Shown: positions 49,725 to 56,285 of the stretch, one piece after another | Numbering within the stretch: the stretch's first letter is position 1 | Layout of the letters: the number at the start of each line of letters is the position of its first letter | From: Candidatus Aenigmatarchaeota archaeon | GTDB lineage: Archaea > Aenigmatarchaeota > Aenigmatarchaeia > CG10238-14 > SCSR01 | Direction of reading: 5' to 3' | Assembly: GCA_039091335.1 (NCBI GenBank) | Contig: JAWCME010000001.1 | Span: 1-64,000, forward strand | DNA: 64,000 nt | Translations under genes and position numbers: made by a program | Notes under the pieces: generated by a model | What the model was told of the DNA's origin: nothing | What the model saw: the letters and a program-made list of their open reading frames with translations, nothing else | The model's database searches: none

Positions 49725-49895
49725 TCACTTCGGTCTTCTTTTCGGTCTTAGGTCTGTTGATTTACACTTCCTGCATCTAACCTTTCCTTCTCTTACTTTT
49801 GCTGGGTCTGCTCTAATCTTGGCCTTGCATCTTCTACAAACAAAAACCCTGAAAAAAAGTCTTTGCATCGCCTCTGGCTGAAGCTTTTTTACCAT
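49725..49895 (-). CDS. rpl40e: 50S ribosomal protein L40e, not in ORF track
   Basis: MVKKLQPEAMQRLFFRVFVCRRCKAKIR...RCRKCKSTDLRPKRR. Confidence 0.88.
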   Translation of the reverse strand: MVKKLQPEAMQRLFFRVFVCRRCKAKIRADPAKVREGKVRCRKCKSTDLRPKRRPK

Positions 49896-49994
49896 AAAAT
49901 CACTTATCTATTTTTATTAAAATTAATTTTTTAATTTAAGAATTATGGATTAAGTTTAAATATTAATAAAAACAATTTTTCATCTTGATTTGAA

Positions 49995-50573
49995 ATGATA
50001 AAAAAGGAGATTAGAATACTGGGTTTTGATGACGGTGCCTTTGCTCCTAGGGATGATGCAAATGTCCCTCTTATTGGAGTTATATTTAGGGGTGGGGAAT
50101 TTTTAGATGGAGCACTTAAGACTGAAGTAAAAATAGATGGAAACGATGCTACTGAAAAAATAATAAATATTGTAAACTCTTCTCGCCACAAACAACAACT
50201 TAAAGTTATAATGTTTGATGGTGTTACTGTTGGAGGATTTAATGTGATCGACATAAAGGAGGTAAATGAGAAAACTGGGATACCAGTAATTGTAATTAAT
50301 AGAAAGTTGCCGGACATAAACAAAGTTAGGAATGCACTTAAAAATTTTGATGATTTTGAAAGGAGATGGAATTCTATTTTAAATGCAGGAAAAATAAAGG
50401 AATGTAGGATAAAAAACAAAAAAGTTTATTATCAATTAATTGGGTTAGACGACAAAGACGCAAAAGAAATAATTAGATTGAGTTCTACTAGAAGCTTTAT
50501 TCCAGAGCCATTAAGAATAGCTCATATAATTGCGACCGCAATAGCAAAAGGTGAAAGTTCGGGGAGGGCATAA
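49995..50573 (+). CDS. DUF99 family (endonuclease V-like) protein
   Basis: RILGFDD, DGNDAT, DGVTVGGFNVID, PEPLRIAH. Confidence 0.9.
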   Translation: MIKKEIRILGFDDGAFAPRDDANVPLIGVIFRGGEFLDGALKTEVKIDGNDATEKIINIVNSSRHKQQLKVIMFDGVTVGGFNVIDIKEVNEKTGIPVIVINRKLPDINKVRNALKNFDDFERRWNSILNAGKIKECRIKNKKVYYQLIGLDDKDAKEIIRLSSTRSFIPEPLRIAHIIATAIAKGESSGRA

Positions 50574-50575
50574 AA

Positions 50576-51103
50576 ATGAATGTGTATATTAAAAAATTGC
50601 TATCTAGCTTTGTTGGTTATGTGTTTTATGCTATGCTTGGATTACTTATAGCAATACTCATCAATCAGGTTTTATGCTTTGCATTAACCACAGAGTTTCC
50701 AGTGGTTGCGGTTCTAACTTCATCTATGCAGCATGACGAGCTTACCGAAGAAAATCATTATGGTTTTCTTGAAAAAAAGTTTGGATACAATAGAAGCTAT
50801 ATAAATTCTTGGCCCATAGCAAACGGTTTTTATATTGGAGATATGCCAATAGTAATGGGAAGTAAAGAATACTATGTTGGGGATGTTGTGGTCTATTCCA
50901 TACCAAACCAAAAAACTCCAATAATTCATAGAATAATCAAGATTAATGAAGATGGCACATTTATGTTAAAAGGAGATCATAATCCATCCCCACTTCCATT
51001 TGAATTGAACATAAAAAAGGAACAGATACATGGAAAAGTAATCTTTGTAGTTCCAAAATTGGGGTGGTTTAAGGTTTTGTTTTCATGGATAGTTGGTGGT
51101 TGA
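50576..51103 (+). CDS. Signal peptidase I (Sec11 type)
   Basis: VLTSSM, GD, PIIHR, KGDHN. Confidence 0.88.
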   Translation: MNVYIKKLLSSFVGYVFYAMLGLLIAILINQVLCFALTTEFPVVAVLTSSMQHDELTEENHYGFLEKKFGYNRSYINSWPIANGFYIGDMPIVMGSKEYYVGDVVVYSIPNQKTPIIHRIIKINEDGTFMLKGDHNPSPLPFELNIKKEQIHGKVIFVVPKLGWFKVLFSWIVGG

Positions 51104-51433
51104 TTGAAATTTTGTGAAAAATGTGGAAATTTGTTGATAATAGAAAATAGAAGAGGAACTGTTTTTCTTGTATGTAGAAAATGCGGTTGGAAGACAAAGC
51201 AGAAAAGTGAAAAAATAACTATAACTGAATTTTTAAAGGAGGGTGAAAAGAAGGTTGTAATTATGGGGAAGGACGAAGGCATAGCCGAATTACCAAAAAC
51301 TAAGATAATGTGTCCAAAATGTGAAAATATGGAAGCATATTGGTGGATGCAACAAACAAGGGCTGCTGACGAGCCCCCCACTTTATTTTATAAATGTACT
51401 CGCTGTGGCTATTCTTGGAGAAGTTATGGATAA
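51104..51433 (+). CDS. tfs: Transcription factor S
   Basis: FCEKCG...CPKC...QTRAADEPPT.FYKC. Confidence 0.95.
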   Translation: MKFCEKCGNLLIIENRRGTVFLVCRKCGWKTKQKSEKITITEFLKEGEKKVVIMGKDEGIAELPKTKIMCPKCENMEAYWWMQQTRAADEPPTLFYKCTRCGYSWRSYG

Positions 51434-51465
51434 ATTTTTAAACCCAGACGAAGAATTAATTCTTG

Positions 51466-51774
51466 ATGTTTAATAACTACAAACCAAAAAAAATTTGTGA
51501 AATAAGTCCAAACGACATAAAAGTATCGTTAATTGGAAGGATAGTTGAAGTTAGCGATAACGGTTTTGTTCTTGATGACGGAACTGGTAGAGCAGAAATA
51601 TTTTCTGAACTCAATTTGGAAGAAAATAGGTTTGTTAGGGTTTTTTGCTCGATTATTGAAAATAAGTTAAATGCAGATATTATTCAAAGATTGGAAGGAA
51701 ATTTAAATTTATTTAAGAAAGTAGAAGAATTATATAAAAGGTGGGAATCTAATGTTCAGGGCAACTTTGTCTGA
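51466..51774 (+). CDS. Small OB-fold protein (RPA small-subunit-like)
   Basis: KVSLIGRIV...FVLDDGTG...VRVF. Confidence 0.75.
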   Translation: MFNNYKPKKICEISPNDIKVSLIGRIVEVSDNGFVLDDGTGRAEIFSELNLEENRFVRVFCSIIENKLNADIIQRLEGNLNLFKKVEELYKRWESNVQGNFV

Positions 51775-52501
51775 TACAACTCTATTTACAGATTCTATAT
51801 CAACGATATCAGAACTTATAGATGAGGGTGTTTTTAAAATCTCAAAGGATGGAATAAGTTTTATTGCAGCGGACAGAGCAATGGTGGCTGTTGTTGATTT
51901 TAAATTTTTGGCAACAGCGTTTGAGGAGTTTGAGGTAGACCAAGAATATATGATTGGGCTAAACATTCCAAATCTTCTTTCTGTTCTGAGAAGAGCTGGG
52001 GCAGGAGATAAAATAAGCTTAAACTTGAAAGAAGGTAAACTAGAAATAATAATCGAAGGTAAATCAAAAAGAAGGTTTTTAATTCCTTTATTAGATATAA
52101 CACAGGAGGAAATACCACAAATAGATCAACTTGAGTTTTCCTCTAAAGCTGAAGTTTCTTCTGAAATTATAAAAAATGGGATAGAAGACGCTGAGATAGT
52201 GTCTGACTGCGTTTTAATTGAGGGGTCTCCTTCGAAATTTGGTATGAAGGCCGAGGGAGATATAAGCTCTTCGCAACTAGAACTGGAGAAAGGAAGTAAT
52301 GAATTAATTGAATTAAAATGCAGTACTGAAACAAAAGCAAGATATCCAATAGACTATTTGAAAAAAATGATAAAGGGTACAAAACTCGCTGATTCTGTTG
52401 TTATAGAGTGGGGAGAGGATTATCCTATGAAAATGACTTTTAAAGTAATAGACAAGCTTGTTTTATCTATTGTCCTAGCACCAAGGGTTATAGAGGAGTA
52501 A
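51752..52501 (+). CDS. pcn: DNA sliding clamp PCNA
   Basis: LIDEG.F, AADRAMVA, YPIDYL, DYPMKM, LAPRV. Confidence 0.96.
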   Translation: MFRATLSDTTLFTDSISTISELIDEGVFKISKDGISFIAADRAMVAVVDFKFLATAFEEFEVDQEYMIGLNIPNLLSVLRRAGAGDKISLNLKEGKLEIIIEGKSKRRFLIPLLDITQEEIPQIDQLEFSSKAEVSSEIIKNGIEDAEIVSDCVLIEGSPSKFGMKAEGDISSSQLELEKGSNELIELKCSTETKARYPIDYLKKMIKGTKLADSVVIEWGEDYPMKMTFKVIDKLVLSIVLAPRVIEE

Positions 52502-53276
52502 TTTTTTTAAACAAGCTTAAAATATTACTTAAAAAGGAAGTTCTAGACCCTATACCAGTAAGCTTAGACGCTATTTTCATAAAACTTATAGAAGCTTTTG
52601 AATAAGGTTTGTATAAAATTATTGGAATTCCTTGCGCTGCACTATCCATTAAATTTTCGTCAAAGGGAATTGTTCCAAGAACAGGAACTCCAAAAAAATC
52701 TTCTGCAACCTCTTTTCTAAGCTCAAATTTTTTATTTCTTACCATGTTTAAAATTATGTGAAATTTTTTTTGTCCGAGTTGTGACGCAAACTCAGCACAT
52801 CTTGTCATATCATAAACATTTGGTATTGTTGGAGTAGTAACAAAAATTATTTCCTCAGAGGCTTTTAAAACAGAAATTGCGTCTTTGCCCAACCCGGGGG
52901 CAGAATCAAGAAGAATGAAATCGTATTCTTCAATCTGAGATAGTCTTTCTATATATTTTTTCAACCCATTAATCTCAACCTTTATCACATCTTTTAACTC
53001 TTTTGAGCATGGAATAAACATTACTCCATTTTGATATATTGGAGCAAACCTTATGTCAACTTCATTTCTTAAAACGTCGTTTAATGTTATAGAATAGTTT
53101 TTAACTCCAAGATAGTATGCAAGATGGGGTGAAGTTATATTGCAGTCAATGATAATAACTTTTTTATTTAATTTTGACAGTGCTATGCCTAAGTTTGACG
53201 CCACCGTTGTTTTACCAACACCACCCTTTCCTGAAACAATCCCAATAATTCTTGTCAATTTCCCACTGTTTGTCAA
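52488..53276 (-). CDS. MinD/ParA family ATPase
   Basis: SGKGGVGKTT, DSAPG, IPFD. Confidence 0.9.
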   Translation of the reverse strand: MTNSGKLTRIIGIVSGKGGVGKTTVASNLGIALSKLNKKVIIIDCNITSPHLAYYLGVKNYSITLNDVLRNEVDIRFAPIYQNGVMFIPCSKELKDVIKVEINGLKKYIERLSQIEEYDFILLDSAPGLGKDAISVLKASEEIIFVTTPTIPNVYDMTRCAEFASQLGQKKFHIILNMVRNKKFELRKEVAEDFFGVPVLGTIPFDENLMDSAAQGIPIILYKPYSKASISFMKIASKLTGIGSRTSFLSNILSLFKKITPL

Positions 53277-53501
53277 TTAACTAACTATAGTTAAAATAGA
53301 TAAAAATTAAAATTTAAGTTTTATTTAATTCTTTTTTGAGCTAACTTATACCACTTCGTTTTTCAGACAAGAGAAACTACAGAATAATAACAGGACTCGT
53401 TGGTGATAACAGATCCTTTTAACTTGTTTTTAAAGGATGAAAGTATATATTCTGGATACTGAGTGTACAATAGCAGCTATTACCTACAGGTTCTTTTTCA
53501 C

Positions 53502-53903
53502 CTATTTATATCTTTGTTTTAGAATGAAAATATACTTCATAGGCATAAAGGCCTCTAAGTCGCTTTGATAGGAACATTTTGTGCACTTATATCCAATAAT
53601 TATATCCTTCTTCATCAAATTCTTAACCTTTATCTCTTCTATGGAAGAATCACAAATTGGGCATTTTTCTATTTTTTGTAACTTTATTGTTTTTTTTGTT
53701 TTTGCCTTAACTTCAACTTCCGGTAAAAGTAAAGCGATTCTCTTTACCCTAATTGGAGAAAGTATGTATTCCTTGTTTTCTTTCTTAAGCCTTCTTAAAA
53801 CGAGATTACACAGCTCTTCCTGCGTATCAACTCTTATTCTACTTCTAATAACGTTTTTTATTTCTTCAGCAACCCTACTAGCTGGCGGAATTTTACTTTC
53901 CAT
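53502..53903 (-). CDS. Hypothetical protein with C-terminal Zn ribbon
   Basis: CPIC...YKCTKCSY...PMKYIF. Confidence 0.72.
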   Translation of the reverse strand: MESKIPPASRVAEEIKNVIRSRIRVDTQEELCNLVLRRLKKENKEYILSPIRVKRIALLLPEVEVKAKTKKTIKLQKIEKCPICDSSIEEIKVKNLMKKDIIIGYKCTKCSYQSDLEAFMPMKYIFILKQRYK

Positions 53904-54041
53904 CTCAATAAGAATTTATAAAAGTAGGATTTAAGTTTAACATAACAGTTATATTTTACAATTACATATACTTTAAAAAATGAAGAAAGGATGTTAATAG
54001 AAATTAAATTTTATAACTTTCAAAATAATACTATCTTACAT

Positions 54042-54153
54042 GCCGAGGTGGCAGAATCAGGTAATGCGCAGCCCTGGAGTTTTTAGAAAGGCTGTGTCCC
54101 TCTGGGACGTCTGGGTTCAAATCCCAGCCTATGGTAATACCAGCTGAACGGCG
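54042..54153 (+). tRNA. tRNA-Ser(GGA) with 9-nt intron at 37/38 (54080..54088) and 18-nt BHB intron at 68/69 (54131..54148)
   Basis: GCCGAGG pairs with CCT[ATGGTAATACCAGCTGAA]CGGC+G; anticodon stem CAGCC/GGCTG; CT-GGA-G[TTTTTAGAA]A; variable arm GTCCC-TCT-GGGAC; TTTTATAA box at 54009-54016. Confidence 0.92.
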
Positions 54154-54288
54154 CCTTTGAACCCGGAGTCTCGTGTTTCTTTGATAGATAGGTTTAAATA
54201 GTCATGAAAGAATTTAAAAAATAGGAGGTCTGATAGAAAAATCTATTTCTGAACTTGAATTATTTAATAGGTAAAAGGAGGTTGTAGA

Positions 54289-54555
54289 ATGCCAAGGTTT
54301 GAAAGAAGGGGATTTAAAAAATTTGGAAGAATTGATATACCGAAACCGATAAAAGAGGGGGAAGAATATGATGTTGAAATAAATGAGGTCGGTTCTAGGG
54401 GTGATGGAATAGCAAGAATTAAAAATTTTGTTGTTTTTGTCCCAAATACAAAGAGGGGTGATAAAACACATATAAAAATAAAAGAAGTTAAAAATAGATT
54501 TGCGATAGGTGAAAAGATAGAGCTTAGAGAGGAAACAGTGTCCCCTAAAGAATAG
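54289..54555 (+). CDS. Single TRAM-domain RNA-binding protein
   Basis: PIKEGEEYDVEI..VGSRGDGIARI..FVVFVP. Confidence 0.92.
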   Translation: MPRFERRGFKKFGRIDIPKPIKEGEEYDVEINEVGSRGDGIARIKNFVVFVPNTKRGDKTHIKIKEVKNRFAIGEKIELREETVSPKE

Positions 54556-54620
54556 GGTACTTGAATCCCATTTTTAAATTTTTTAGTTATGTGTTTTAAA
54601 TGAAAAGCTAATAATTAATT

Positions 54621-55445
54621 ATGTTTGTAACAAAGTTTGATGGAAGAAAAGAAATTTTTCAAAAAGAAAAGATTATAAGAACTTGCTTAAGAATGCGTGC
54701 AACAAGAGAGCAAGCCGAGTATGTTGCAGAAAAAATAGAAACTAAAGCTTATGATGGAATTCCAACAAAAAAAATTCTTGAGTTGATTTTTTTCTATCTT
54801 AAAAAATTTAGACCAGAAATATCGTATCATATTGACTTAAGAAAATCAATCTCCCTTCTAAGACCAAAACCAGATTTTGAAATATTTGTTCAACTATTAC
54901 TTAAAGCACTTGGCTATGAAGTAATTCCAAATCAGATTGTAAGAGGGATATGTGTAGAACATGAAATAGACGCAATTGCCAAAATGGGGAAAGAAACTAT
55001 TTTTGTTGAGGTAAAACACCATTTGAATCCGCATACCTATACCGGGGTTGACGTTTGCCTAGAAACTTTTGCTAGAATGGAAGATTTAAGAGAAGGGTAT
55101 TTGAAGGGAATAAACAAAATTAAATTTGATTATGCCCTTATCGTATGTAATACAAAATTTTCTGAATATGCAAAAAATTATTCTTTGTGCAAAAACATAA
55201 AACTTTTAGGCTGGAACTTTCCCGAAGGCCGGGGACTAGAACAAATAATCATTGAAAAAAAACTTTATCCAATAACCTTTTTAAAGGAGTTGGACCCTGA
55301 CACAGAGAAAAAAATTGCTGATAGCGGAATAGTTTTGTTAAAACAAATGGCCGAGATTGGCTTGAATGAACTATACAAAAGAACTGGGGTATCAAAGAGC
55401 AAAATAAATAGATTTAGGGAAAAGGCCATTCAAATATTAGACTAA
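54621..55445 (+). CDS. ATP-cone plus PD-(D/E)xK (Mrr-like) domain protein
   Basis: VTKFDGRKE.F..EKI (ATP cone); HEIDAI...VEVKHH; CNTKFS; LYPIT. Confidence 0.83.
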   Translation: MFVTKFDGRKEIFQKEKIIRTCLRMRATREQAEYVAEKIETKAYDGIPTKKILELIFFYLKKFRPEISYHIDLRKSISLLRPKPDFEIFVQLLLKALGYEVIPNQIVRGICVEHEIDAIAKMGKETIFVEVKHHLNPHTYTGVDVCLETFARMEDLREGYLKGINKIKFDYALIVCNTKFSEYAKNYSLCKNIKLLGWNFPEGRGLEQIIIEKKLYPITFLKELDPDTEKKIADSGIVLLKQMAEIGLNELYKRTGVSKSKINRFREKAIQILD

Positions 55446-56195
55446 GTTTATCATCTTACTAAACTCTTTTGCATTTTCAAGCATAAAGATATTATTAAAA
55501 AAGAGAAATGCCTTTTCAACACTTTTTAAATTTTTAATTCTTTTTTTTAACTCCACTAACTCTTTTTTATTATATTTATAATTGTAGTTAATTCCCCCCT
55601 TTTCGTAACTTCCGTGCAACCTAAAATATGCTATTTTTTTCTTTGAAAAATAAAGCGGGTCTTCTTTTAAGGGGTCTACACAAGAAATCAGATCAAATTT
55701 TTTACATAAATTTTTAAATTCTTCCTTGCTCCATCCCCTTAACTCTAGTGCAATAGAAATTTCGTCTTTTTCAATTTCTGAAAAAAATTTCTCTGCATTT
55801 TTTAAGTTTTCTTCATTTTCTTTAAAGCTTGCAGGCAATTGGATCAGACAAACTGGAGAATTTAAAATTTTACAAATTTCTAAAGTTTGATTCCAAAAAC
55901 AAAAAACCTCTTTTGTTGGCATTAAAAACCCGACTTTATCTTTAATTCTTTCTAAATCCTTTATTCCACTTCTTCTCCACGTTGGACTTGAGACAGGATG
56001 TGTTATTCCTTGAAAACACTTTAAACAAAAAATAAAATCTTTGGGCGCCATTTTTCTCCATTTTTGAGCTGTTTTTAATTGGGGAAGTTTATAAAACGTT
56101 GATTGAACCTCAACAACACGAAACTCTTGAAAATATTTTTTAATTCCACCTGGAAAACCACAACAACCTACTTTTATTTGCATCTTATTTTTCAC
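55437..56195 (-). CDS. DUF72 family protein (second paralog)
   Basis: VGCCGF, VEVQSTFY, QLPASF, ELRG, VDP, YFRLHG, FFNN. Confidence 0.9.
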   Translation of the reverse strand: MKNKMQIKVGCCGFPGGIKKYFQEFRVVEVQSTFYKLPQLKTAQKWRKMAPKDFIFCLKCFQGITHPVSSPTWRRSGIKDLERIKDKVGFLMPTKEVFCFWNQTLEICKILNSPVCLIQLPASFKENEENLKNAEKFFSEIEKDEISIALELRGWSKEEFKNLCKKFDLISCVDPLKEDPLYFSKKKIAYFRLHGSYEKGGINYNYKYNKKELVELKKRIKNLKSVEKAFLFFNNIFMLENAKEFSKMINLV

Positions 56196-56285
56196 CTAAA
56201 GATGATGTCCTCTACTCTTGCCTTATAATTTTATAAGAGAATCACAAAAAATAAACCTTAAAAAATACATATAATATGCGATTTC

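Noticed and set aside
53290..53500. C/D-box sRNA or intron-bearing gene (GTGATAA, CTGA, hairpin ATCCTTT/AAAGGAT)
   Set aside because: Box spacing does not fit a guide RNA and no BHB geometry forms
54131..54180. Integrated element or att site disrupting the tRNA-Ser 3' end
   Set aside because: The missing CGGCG follows after only 18 nt within a perfect BHB; no integrase or duplicated 3' end is present
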